Shown here piece by piece: positions 9,632 to 17,856 of a stretch of 31,452 nucleotides of DNA. The translations under genes were made by a program, and so were the position numbers. The stretch comes from Elainellaceae cyanobacterium (GTDB lineage: Bacteria; Cyanobacteriota; Cyanobacteriia; CAZCXK01), in assembly GCA_051117555.1 (NCBI GenBank), contig JBNPEG010000140.1:1-31452 (forward strand). Direction: 5' to 3'. A model generated the notes under the pieces. It had not been told where the DNA came from, did not search any database, and saw only the letters and a list, made by a program, of their open reading frames with translations. Position 1 is the first letter of the stretch. Each line of letters begins with the position of its first letter.

Positions 9632-10006
9632 TCAATTCATGAGTTTCTCTGGATCTAAGCTGTCTATCGTGTGATTGAACCGCAGCATCTCCAGGCTGCG
9701 ATCGCCATAGACTCCGGCAATCTGATCTCGGCAGCAGTCAATGGCAAAGTCGTTAAGCTCATGGGCTTCAATGCCGTATAAATCATTGAACACGTCCGCT
9801 TCAACCCGACAAAATCGAGGCCGTTCTGAATAAATTTGGCATTCTCGTGATTGAGAATTATAGTGAATGCACCATCCATCCTCTCCGACCATGCTCAGGT
9901 ACCGTTCCAAATCAGCCGGAGATAAATATTGATCTAAGTCTGGGCGATCGCCCGGATCTAGATGACAACACGCTCCACATCCGCTAATACAGTGCCAAGT
10001 TCCCAT
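9632..10006 (-). CDS. YkgJ-family Cys-cluster (CxxCxxCC-type) protein
   Basis: WHCISGCGACC...WCIHY...CQIYSERPRFCR...DCC. Confidence 0.88.
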   Translation of the reverse strand: MGTWHCISGCGACCHLDPGDRPDLDQYLSPADLERYLSMVGEDGWCIHYNSQSRECQIYSERPRFCRVEADVFNDLYGIEAHELNDFAIDCCRDQIAGVYGDRSLEMLRFNHTIDSLDPEKLMN

Positions 10007-10248
10007 ACTCAAACCCTAGTTTTTAGGTTGTTTCACTCGATGTTATCTATCAGGCTATCTTGAATGACATCGTCTCGCAGTTCCGTCAGAAGGCGTATTT
10101 GAACGTCCTCAAATAGACCTAGGCAAATAGACCTAAGCAGTTTTGTTCAAAGAATCTCGTTCAAATAAAAGGACACTTAACAGTTAAAATATGATGAAGG
10201 TATTTGTTTAGTACTTTCAGGTTTAAAGCGGCTATTTGCGGAGGGGCA

Positions 10249-10380
10249 ATGGATTTCCTAACGAACGTTATCACCGGTATTAATTGGGAAGCAATTGTTC
10301 AATTAACCCTGGTGTCTATGATCATGATTTCCGGGCCTGTTGTGATCTTTTTGCTTGCAGTTCGTGGTGGCGATCTCTAA
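10249..10380 (+). CDS. psb30: Photosystem II reaction centre protein Psb30 (Ycf12)
   Basis: Manual translation gives MDFLTNVITGINWEAIVQLTLVSMIMISGPVVIFLLAVRGGDL* (43 aa) with the NWE-I-QL...GP-VIFLLA-RGG-L signature. RBS GGAGG upstream. Below the ORF-track size cut-off. Confidence 0.95.
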   Translation: MDFLTNVITGINWEAIVQLTLVSMIMISGPVVIFLLAVRGGDL

Positions 10381-10445
10381 GTTGAGCCATTCACGTTGAA
10401 TCAGTTTGCCTAATGTCAAGCAGATTGTGTCAGGCAATCGAACGA

Positions 10446-10502
10446 GGTTAGGAAGTCGTAAGGTCTTTTGATAAAGGCTTTCCGATTTTCTAGCCTTGTT
10501 TC
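10446..10502 (+). terminator. Long hairpin downstream of psb30, probable terminator or stabiliser
   Basis: 23-position stem GGTTAGGAAGTCGTAAGGTCTTT-TGAT-AAAGGCTTTCCGATTTTCTAGCC (5 G-U pairs, 1 mismatch) followed by TTGTTTT-like sequence. Confidence 0.6.
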
Positions 10503-10835
10503 ATGGATAGGGCGCTTCAGGATATGGGCGAACGGTTTCCTCTTTCAAGCCATTAACTGCAAATCTTTTAGACTATTATGTAAATTGTTTGTTTGTAATG
10601 TAACACTAAATCACATTTATACGGGTTAGTAGTGCTCGGGCTGGTATCTGAGCTAATGAAATCGATGAATCGATTTAAATATGCTTTATAAATAAATACG
10701 CTGGTTTTCAAAGCGGAACCTTCATGGCGCCATCAGGAGGTTTAGGTCGTTTTCTTTGATTTCAGACAAATTCTAGAAGATGTTTTAACGTTGAAGTGCT
10801 AATATTGCTGCGATGACTCGCTCTGAGGGCCTGCT

Positions 10836-11828
10836 GTGATTCGCTCTGCAACACTGACTTTACAGCCTCCCTTGACCCAGGTGACTGATAACAATCGGCT
10901 TCGATTGTTTTCTGGGTCTGCTAACGTTCCACTGTCGCAAGAGGTGGCTCGTTATTTAGGCATGGATTTGGGGCCAATGGTCCGTAAGCGTTTTGCTGAT
11001 GGAGAACTGTATATCCAAATCCAAGAATCCATTCGGGGGTGTGACGTTTATCTAGTTCAGCCAACGTGCCATCCAGTCAACGACCATCTTGTGGAGTTGT
11101 TGATTATGATTGATGCCTGTCGACGGGCATCCGCTCGCCAGATTACGGCAGTCATTCCCTATTACGGCTATTCTAGAGCCGACCGTAAGACGGCGGGTCG
11201 GGAATCGATTACGGCGAAGTTAGTCGCTAACCTGATCACTCAGGCTGGAGCCAACCGTATTCTTGCAATGGACTTGCACTCAGCCCAGATTCAAGGATAT
11301 TTCGATATTCCCTTTGATCATGTATATGGGTCGCCCGTTGTTTTAGAGTATCTGGCTAGCAAGAAATTTTCTGATTTAGTCGTCGTGTCTCCTGATGTCG
11401 GCGGCGTGGCTCGCGCCCGCGCATTTGCAAAGAAGCTCGATGACGCTCCTCTGGCTATTATTGATAAGCGTCGCCAGTCGCACAATGTTGCGGAGGTGAT
11501 GAATCTTATCGGGGATGTCGAAGGCAAGACGGCTGTTCTAGTAGATGACATGATTGACACGGCAGGCACGATTTGTGAAGGGGCGCGACTTTTAAAGAAA
11601 GAAGGAGCGCGACAGGTCTATGCCTGTGCAACCCACGCTGTTTTTTCGCCCCCTGCGGTCGAGCGATTGTCGAGTGGCTTATTTGAGGAAGTGATTGTCA
11701 CCAACACGATTCCTGTATCTGAAGCCAAGTTCTTTAAGCAACTCACGGTTTTATCGGTGGCTAATCTTCTGGGAGAAACAGTTTGGCGGATTCATGAAGA
11801 TAGCTCTGTTAGCAGTATGTTTCGCTAA
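10836..11828 (+). CDS. prs: Ribose-phosphate pyrophosphokinase
   Basis: FADGE, PYYGYSRADRK, MDLHSAQIQGYFD, VSPDVGGVARAR and VLVDDMIDTAGT motifs. Confidence 0.97.
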   Translation: MIRSATLTLQPPLTQVTDNNRLRLFSGSANVPLSQEVARYLGMDLGPMVRKRFADGELYIQIQESIRGCDVYLVQPTCHPVNDHLVELLIMIDACRRASARQITAVIPYYGYSRADRKTAGRESITAKLVANLITQAGANRILAMDLHSAQIQGYFDIPFDHVYGSPVVLEYLASKKFSDLVVVSPDVGGVARARAFAKKLDDAPLAIIDKRRQSHNVAEVMNLIGDVEGKTAVLVDDMIDTAGTICEGARLLKKEGARQVYACATHAVFSPPAVERLSSGLFEEVIVTNTIPVSEAKFFKQLTVLSVANLLGETVWRIHEDSSVSSMFR

Positions 11829-11856
11829 TCGTCCCTAATTCTAGATTTAGAGCTAG

Positions 11857-13734
11857 TTATAGGGCCGAAAGCTCGGCTAGCAACAGGGTGCTCACTACAA
11901 TCGAAATCAAAATGGCGTTATAAATTGCGTGATCAGCGGTGCTAGCTCTAACGCCTGCCTCTTGAGCGCGCATTGGGTCACGATATTTTTGTAGATGGCG
12001 ATCGTAGACGTATTTATAGCGGCAGGCAAACAGAAACCCAGGGACAATTAGTACGAAGCCCCCCAAGATAGGAATGCCTGCCAATAAATGAACTAGACCA
12101 AACTGAGTGGAGCGGATACAGATTTGTTTCCAGGTGTTTGCGCCTTGGCGAAAAATGCGTTCTTCTAGTCGTGCCCAGAAGGGAATGCCAAGCATAAGGA
12201 GCAGCCAAAAGGCAAGAATGAGCAGCGGGGCATAGCGAATTGGCGGATCGCTTAACAGTCCTAGATGGGTTGTGATCTGCCAGGGGGAAATCGGGACGAT
12301 TGCTCCTATCATGCTTCCCATTAAATCTTGAGCTGGAGCCCCTACATTCGCAATCTGAGATGACGACGGGGCAGCGCTTTCTAACAGATTTAGCAACGGT
12401 TGCAGAATCACATTACCGGGTTGCCCGAAAACCCAGTTTGCCCATCCCCACAGCAAGAAGGGGGGCGCAATGCGTCCTGCAATATTAAACGTGGTCAGGG
12501 TGACTGCAATGATACCAACGGCACGCAAATAGGTGAGGATGCCGCTGTGAAAATACGTCGCCCAGACGAAGTTTAGTTTCGATTTGTTGCGCCATAAATC
12601 GGTCACGATTAAGGCTACAATGCCGATTGAAAAAAGGGTTGGAATAAGTGTATCGGCGGTTTCTGTAAGCCAAGTATTTTGGCTATGGGTACTCAACCAT
12701 CGTTGACCCAGAATCAGTAGCCCAATCGCGCCAAACAGGATGATCAAGCGATATCGAAGCGATCGCCCGATAATTGTAACGTCATGCAAAAGTTGGGGTC
12801 TGGCATCCGAGCGGAGTGGGGCTGAAAAAATGCGCCCCGTTAGAATTGAGCAAATCAGCTTATAAAACGCAGCCGGATAGGAGTTGGGATGAAACGTTTG
12901 CGCCTTCTCATAGCTGGCGATCGCTTCCTTAAACTGTCCGGATTTCATCAGCAAAAATCCGTGAAAGACCCAGGCTGAACCGCACCAAGGCTCATGGGGT
13001 CGAGTACACAATTGGAGAGCTCGTTCAATACTATCGATTGCGTCTGCGTCTCGACCAATTCTAGAGAGGGCGATCGCTCGATTATTCCAAGATTTATCAA
13101 AATTAGGGTGATAGTCAATCGATTGATCAAAACACGTCAGCGCCTCCTGAGGGCGACCCGCCATCAACAGAATGATGCCGTGATTATTCCAGACCTCATA
13201 GGAATCTGAATTGAGGGCGATCGCGCGGTCTGAACTCGCCAATGCCTCGCTGCGCCGTTTGAGCATCGCGAGAATGACAGCACGATGACTCAGCGCTTGA
13301 CACGACTGGGGTTGAATGGCGATCGCTTGGTCGTAGCTTTCCAGAGCTTCTTGAGGGCATTTCAAAATGCGTAACGCGTTCCCTCGATGCATCCAAACCC
13401 GTGCTGCTAAGTCAATCTGCGGATTTGATAGAGATGCCAATGCTTGGTCATACGCAAGCACTGCGTTATCATAGCTGCCAATGCCTTCGAGGGCTTGTCC
13501 TCGATAATAATGGGCGATCGCCTCGTCGGGTTTGAGGCGTAGGGCTTGATTTAGACTGGCTAGTGCCTGCTCAAACTCTCCCGTTTCGACGAGAATCTGT
13601 CCAAGACGACACAAGAGTCGAATTTCTTCGGGAGTTGGTAAGGAATCACCGCGTAATCGACGACGACACTCCTCTAACGAGAGATCTGACACCCACTCCT
13701 CGTCATCAGAAAAATAGTGTGACGGTTGGCTCAT
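11857..13734 (-). CDS. TPR-repeat protein fused to a multi-TM CPBP/Abi (type II CAAX) glutamic intramembrane protease-like domain
   Basis: About 7-8 TPRs (e.g. WMHRGNALRILKCPQEALESYDQAIAIQP), several TM helices, then EERIFR, FGLVH and HAIYN motifs. Start 13734 is preferred because the upstream extension runs through a repeat element. Confidence 0.8.
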   Translation of the reverse strand: MSQPSHYFSDDEEWVSDLSLEECRRRLRGDSLPTPEEIRLLCRLGQILVETGEFEQALASLNQALRLKPDEAIAHYYRGQALEGIGSYDNAVLAYDQALASLSNPQIDLAARVWMHRGNALRILKCPQEALESYDQAIAIQPQSCQALSHRAVILAMLKRRSEALASSDRAIALNSDSYEVWNNHGIILLMAGRPQEALTCFDQSIDYHPNFDKSWNNRAIALSRIGRDADAIDSIERALQLCTRPHEPWCGSAWVFHGFLLMKSGQFKEAIASYEKAQTFHPNSYPAAFYKLICSILTGRIFSAPLRSDARPQLLHDVTIIGRSLRYRLIILFGAIGLLILGQRWLSTHSQNTWLTETADTLIPTLFSIGIVALIVTDLWRNKSKLNFVWATYFHSGILTYLRAVGIIAVTLTTFNIAGRIAPPFLLWGWANWVFGQPGNVILQPLLNLLESAAPSSSQIANVGAPAQDLMGSMIGAIVPISPWQITTHLGLLSDPPIRYAPLLILAFWLLLMLGIPFWARLEERIFRQGANTWKQICIRSTQFGLVHLLAGIPILGGFVLIVPGFLFACRYKYVYDRHLQKYRDPMRAQEAGVRASTADHAIYNAILISIVVSTLLLAELSAL

Positions 13735-13765
13735 TTGGAGGCAGAACTGGAAATACGATTCATGG

Positions 13766-13860
13766 TATAACCCTATCGGTTCAGGTTTATGTGGTGAGCC
13801 CCCGGCGCCGCGGAGGCTCACCACATGTTTAGCGTCCTAACGCGAGAGCGTACGGCTGTA
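13766..13860. repeat. ~95-bp dispersed palindromic element, copy G (divergent)
   Basis: TATAACCCTATCG...CGTACGGCTGTA imperfect ends; perfect 12-bp stem ATGTGGTGAGCC/GGCTCACCACAT with a GC-rich loop; same length as the other copies. Confidence 0.55.
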
Positions 13861-13954
13861 GGCGGGCAAACTTGACCGCATACTCTAGGCAGGATGCCCA
13901 CTTTGCGGCATGCTAGAAACCGTGTTTAGACCACTAGGTTTCCAGGAGCAAGTT

Positions 13955-14671
13955 ATGTCAGCAGGTACTGATCCCGTCAAGGTCATGAAGCAGCAAGTGG
14001 GTAAAGCGGCTGCCGATCGCGTTCAATCAGGAGCCATCATAGGGCTCGGAACGGGGTCAACCACTGCATTTGCGATTCAATTTTTGGGCGATCGCCTCAA
14101 GTCTGGACAACTCAGCGACATCAAGGGAATTCCCACCTCCTTTCAGGCATCTGTCCTCGCCAAACAGTATGGCATTCCTCTCACTACCCTAGACGAAATT
14201 GACAGCATTGATGTCGCCATTGATGGAGCCGATGAAGTCGATCCTCAAAAAAATCTCATCAAAGGGGGCGGTGCAGCTCATACTCGTGAAAAGATTGTAG
14301 ACTCCCTGGCTAACGAATTTATTGTGGTCGTCGATCGCTCGAAACTGGTCGATAAACTCGGATCGACGTTTGCTTTGCCAGTCGAAGTATTGCCGATGGC
14401 GATCGCGCCTGTGATGAAAGCGATCGAACGTCTGGGTGGAACGCCCGAACTTCGTATGGGCGTGAAGAAGGACGGTCCGGTGATTACTGACCAGGGCAAC
14501 ATGATTCTGGATGTCAATTTTGGCCCGATTGACCAGCCTGCTGACCTCGAAGTGGCGCTGAATACCATTCCGGGGGTACTCGAAAATGGGTTGTTTATTG
14601 GAGTCGCAGACATCATTTTGGTAGGCGATATTGAAAATGATCAGCCGGTTGTCTGGGAAATGGGTGCTTGA
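13955..14671 (+). CDS. rpiA: Ribose-5-phosphate isomerase A
   Basis: GLGTGST, DGADEVD and [11 protein letters not shown] motifs; RBS AGGAG before ATG 13955. Confidence 0.97.
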   Translation: MSAGTDPVKVMKQQVGKAAADRVQSGAIIGLGTGSTTAFAIQFLGDRLKSGQLSDIKGIPTSFQASVLAKQYGIPLTTLDEIDSIDVAIDGADEVDPQKNLIKGGGAAHTREKIVDSLANEFIVVVDRSKLVDKLGSTFALPVEVLPMAIAPVMKAIERLGGTPELRMGVKKDGPVITDQGNMILDVNFGPIDQPADLEVALNTIPGVLENGLFIGVADIILVGDIENDQPVVWEMGA

Positions 14672-14673
14672 TC

Positions 14674-15510
14674 ATGTTGGATACACCCATCGGGTGGGGA
14701 TTACTTTTTCTAGTCGGCATCGTCACAGGAACCCTGTCCGGGCTATTGGGAATTGGCGGCGGATTGCTTTTGGTTCCAGCCTTGACCGTATGGGGTGTTC
14801 CCTTAATACAGGCAACGGCAACCAGTTTAATCGGGGTATTTCTCAGCGCGCTCTCTGGCAGCATTCGAAATTGGCGAGCGGGTGAGCTAAACTGGCGGTC
14901 GTCACTATTACTTGCGGTATTTGGTATCGTAACCGCCCAAGTAGGAGCATGGTTGGGCGATCGCCTCCCTGAAGCAAGTTTAGCGTTGGGTTTTGCTGCC
15001 CTACTGCTGATTACTGTGTATCTAATGGACTTACGCCGCAAACTCAAAAAACGGCAAGAATCCAAATTTGATTCGTCCCAAGTTAAAGAATTATCCGACA
15101 CTATATTGCCAGCGGACCCGCCATCTCAATTTGCGTCAGCATCTATTTCTCGGATTGCGAGCATTGGCTTGCTGGCAGGCGTGTTGTCGGGGCTATTTGG
15201 CGTTGGTGGGGGCGTAGTGATGGTGCCACTCCAGATGCTGTTTTTGGGAGAAGCGATTAAGGCAGCAGTGAGAACAAGCTTGGGAGCCATTGTGCCAATT
15301 GCCATCTCAGGACTCGCTCAACATGCCTGGAATGGTAATGTCCTTTGGGTTTCAGGCTTGTTTTTAGGGCTGGGTGGCATTACTGGAGCCCAGCTTGGAA
15401 CTCGCTTATTGCCCCGACTGCCCGATCGCACAGTCAATGCTCTGTTTCGAGCCCTGCTATTTGCGCTGGCTGCCTACATGATTATTCGAGCTATTCGCTC
15501 GTGGGATTAG
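14674..15510 (+). CDS. Sulfite exporter TauE/SafE (TSUP) family membrane protein
   Basis: Duplicated SGLLGIGGG...VP / SGLFGVGGG...VP and ATSL / RTSL motifs; about 8 TM helices; abuts the rpiA stop. Confidence 0.9.
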   Translation: MLDTPIGWGLLFLVGIVTGTLSGLLGIGGGLLLVPALTVWGVPLIQATATSLIGVFLSALSGSIRNWRAGELNWRSSLLLAVFGIVTAQVGAWLGDRLPEASLALGFAALLLITVYLMDLRRKLKKRQESKFDSSQVKELSDTILPADPPSQFASASISRIASIGLLAGVLSGLFGVGGGVVMVPLQMLFLGEAIKAAVRTSLGAIVPIAISGLAQHAWNGNVLWVSGLFLGLGGITGAQLGTRLLPRLPDRTVNALFRALLFALAAYMIIRAIRSWD

Positions 15511-15542
15511 GGGCGATCGCTAGGAAGCCTGTGCAATTTGCT

Positions 15543-16064
15543 TCAAATATTCTTGAAATATTCGTGATCGGTAATCAGATCTTGCACACTTTCCAATCGA
15601 TCTAAGAATACCAACCCGTTTAAGTGATCAAATTCGTGTTGAAAAATACGCGCCACGAATCCTGATAATGTTTGCCGTTGAAGCGTTCCCTGGCGATCGG
15701 TATATTCAATCTCGACAGTTTCGTAGCGAGGCACCTGTCCTCGAATACCAGGAATACTCAGACACCCTTCCCAATCACGGACAATTTGGTTCGAATGACC
15801 AACCAAGCGCGGATTGATCATAGGTGTCGGTTCCATTTCCGGTGCATGGGGGTATCGCGCATTTGGGTGTGATGCGACAATGAGCACCTGCATCGAAACA
15901 CCCACTTGGGGAGCCGCAATCCCAACACCGTGAGAGTTGTGAAGGGTTGAAATCAACTCATCAATTAGGGTTTGAATGTGCAAATCTGAACTGTCACTGA
16001 CGGGTTGAGCCGTCTGTCGCAAAACAGAATTTCCTAATTGACAAATCTGCTGCATGTCAGCCAC
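15543..16064 (-). CDS. def: Peptide deformylase
   Basis: GVGIAAPQVG, EGCLS and QHEFDH motifs. GTG 16064 lies 6 nt after GGGAGG, so it is the preferred start (ATG 16070 is also possible). Confidence 0.95.
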   Translation of the reverse strand: MADMQQICQLGNSVLRQTAQPVSDSSDLHIQTLIDELISTLHNSHGVGIAAPQVGVSMQVLIVASHPNARYPHAPEMEPTPMINPRLVGHSNQIVRDWEGCLSIPGIRGQVPRYETVEIEYTDRQGTLQRQTLSGFVARIFQHEFDHLNGLVFLDRLESVQDLITDHEYFKNI

Positions 16065-16084
16065 AATCATCCTCCCGTTTCTAC

Positions 16085-16126
16085 TGTAGCAATCCCAGAT
16101 GGGTTTCAAGCTTATATCGCGCTATC
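16085..16126. repeat. Short remnant of the dispersed element (ends only), copy F
   Basis: TGTAGCAATCCCAGATGGG matches the left end of copies D and E; ends in CGCTAT; no central hairpin. Confidence 0.4.
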
Positions 16127-16209
16127 CATTTAATCCTAATCGGTGATGTAGGGTAAATATACTGAATCTTAGCCTCAAATTTGGAGTTTCAAAGGCTACA
16201 AATTCGGTA

Positions 16210-16388
16210 GTACTAAGGACGTCTCTTTAGATAGAAACAGACGAGAATTGAGGTACTTCTGAAGAACGCTTTCACAGAGGCTAACTGGCAAAGGGGGCAA
16301 TCAACCGCCGTTAGTTCTTTCGCTAGGAACGCGTCCTTACAGGTACAAATGCCTGACCCTTGGGGGCTTTTAGGGTCAGGCTTTTTTT
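16210..16388 (+). ncRNA. ssrS: 6S RNA (SsaA/SsrS)
   Basis: Closing helix GTAC-TAAGGACG (16210-16221) pairs with CGTCCTTA-cag-GTAC (16332-16346). The internal GAGAATTGA...TTCTGAAGAACGCTTTCACAG segment resembles cyanobacterial 6S as I recall it. About 180 nt including the terminator. Confidence 0.75.
16351..16388 (+). terminator. Intrinsic terminator of the putative 6S RNA
   Basis: GCCTGACCCT...AGGGTCAGGC stem followed by T7. Confidence 0.85.
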
Positions 16389-16391
16389 ATT

Positions 16392-16486
16392 TATAGCGGT
16401 ATGCGCTTGGGGTAAGTACGGTGGTGTGGGACACGGCGCGCCCCACACCACTGTTTCTGTCCTTGACGCAATTGCACATTGCTGTA
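16392..16486. repeat. ~95-bp dispersed palindromic element, copy B
   Basis: TATAGCGGTATGCGCTT...GTGGTGTGGG...CCCACACCAC...ATTGCTGTA; closely similar to the reverse complement of 20252-20346. Confidence 0.8.
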
Positions 16487-16690
16487 ACGAACGCCAATAA
16501 ACCCGCTTCTCCGATGTGCTGTGGACAACACGGGAATGGTCATTGGGGAAGATAGCATGTTTGAGGTCGGGGTGAGGCACTCAGGCATAGGAATTTTGCA
16601 GCATTCAGATTATTTCTGACCATACAGAATTGTGCCTGCTGAAAAGGCTGGTTTAATGCCGACTCCGATGACGTCAATGGGGTCATTCTG

Positions 16691-17242
16691 ATGAGCATTC
16701 GATTTCGTAATATCTGCCGCTCATGCCGCTTAGGAGTTTGTTTGGCATCATGTGGAATGGCGATCGCCCTGAATTGGGTAGTGGCGATCGCGCCCGTCTC
16801 GGCTGAAGTCGAGCGCTTGGTGTATTCCTTGAGCGTTGATGATACTCAAGAGTTCAATGATTTAATTCGTCAAGCCGAATCTGCTGTCCAGGCAGCAATC
16901 GAGCAAACGTTTTCAACTCGTTCGTCTGTGACTGAGGTTTCAGTGCAGGTAATTGGTGATCGTAACGGTGAACACGTGCCTTTGCTGACGGCTAACGTTT
17001 CACGAGCAGACTGGCAGCGAGTTCCGAGAATCCAAGCGTGGGCGCAATATTACGGCATGTCTCCGGTAGCGCTTCTAGGGTTCAGAGGGGAGGAGCCTGA
17101 GCGTCCGACTCGCTCAATTAGTTTTGGGTATGTTCCACCATTGGAGGGAGTCGGCACGAATGAGGGTCGAGCCGGATCGCCCCAACAGCTTGAGCGACGA
17201 GAAGAAAGGCTAGAAAACGATCCGGCATTCCGAGACGATTAG
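16691..17242 (+). CDS. Hypothetical exported protein
   Basis: Signal-peptide-like N-terminus ending APVSA, then AESAVQAAIEQTF...VSVQVIGDRNG...PLLTANVSRADWQRVPRIQAWAQYY, which resembles a cyanobacterial hypothetical family. Start is uncertain. Confidence 0.75.
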   Translation: MSIRFRNICRSCRLGVCLASCGMAIALNWVVAIAPVSAEVERLVYSLSVDDTQEFNDLIRQAESAVQAAIEQTFSTRSSVTEVSVQVIGDRNGEHVPLLTANVSRADWQRVPRIQAWAQYYGMSPVALLGFRGEEPERPTRSISFGYVPPLEGVGTNEGRAGSPQQLERREERLENDPAFRDD

Positions 17243-17252
17243 CGTAATTCTT

Positions 17253-17313
17253 TGATCTCAGTTCCTGATCTCAGTTCCTGATCTCAGTTCCTGATCTCAG
17301 TTCCTGATCTCAG
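17253..17313. repeat. Perfect tandem repeat, ~4.7 x 13 bp (TGATCTCAGTTCC)
   Basis: Directly visible; no spacers between units. Confidence 0.95.
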
Positions 17314-17552
17314 CCTTTAAGTGAATTTTTAGAGATGTATTTTAAATTACATCTCTTATTTGCATTTCGGTTAAAAATTAACTAGCGACTAAGTATATAT
17401 ACTGAAGCTAATGACTGAGTCTAGCCACACCTTTCTTGGGCAAGACTGGCTCGATAAATTTCTTAATATTTAGGTAAATTGGTTTCACAGAAGAACTTTT
17501 GGCGATCTATGGCGATGCTTGGTTAAGGTCATAACAAACATCGTCGATCAGT

Positions 17553-17596
17553 ATTAACCCCCGAATTAACTTCCCTTAACGTTACAGGATTACTAT
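17553..17596 (+). promoter_or_regulatory. Putative Pho box (SphR/PhoB site) and -10 box upstream of phoX
   Basis: Three TTAAC units at 17554, 17566 and 17576 (ATTAACCC, ATTAACTT, CTTAACGT) followed by TACTAT at 17591; resembles the cyanobacterial PyTTAAPyPy(T/A) triple repeat. Confidence 0.6.
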
Positions 17597-17856
17597 TCAC
17601 TCTTGGGAAGTACCTCAGTAATATTGACTAGCTTGAGCTAGTACAGGCGTTGTTTCACAATTCTGCGTAGCAACAGTGCGATTGGTGCATGGTGTTGCGG
17701 GGTTGTGGACAGTCTGCGCGTGCGAAGCGACAGTCTTAATTTTTGATTGGTATTGCTTTCTCGTGTGGCAGGTCTGCTGCGGCTAACGCGTTTTGCTTAG
17801 CCCTGCTGCGTCTGCTTTATAGATCCTTTGAGATGCGTTCACGTTAGAGGAATTTC

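Noticed and set aside
10599..10615. Possible CRP/NtcA site upstream of prs (TGTAACACTAAATCACA)
   Set aside because: The half-site spacing is one base too long for either consensus.
13735..13824. 30-aa N-terminal extension of the TPR-CPBP protein
   Set aside because: It reads through the palindromic repeat element; ATG 13734 is more plausible.
14613..15101. 162-aa minus-strand ORF
   Set aside because: Antisense shadow of the TauE gene.
16323..16588. Two minus-strand ORFs (85 and 65 aa)
   Set aside because: They overlap the repeat element and the 6S RNA terminator, and their composition is not protein-like.
17253..17313. Possible CRISPR array
   Set aside because: The 13-bp units are contiguous with no spacers, and there are no cas genes in the window.
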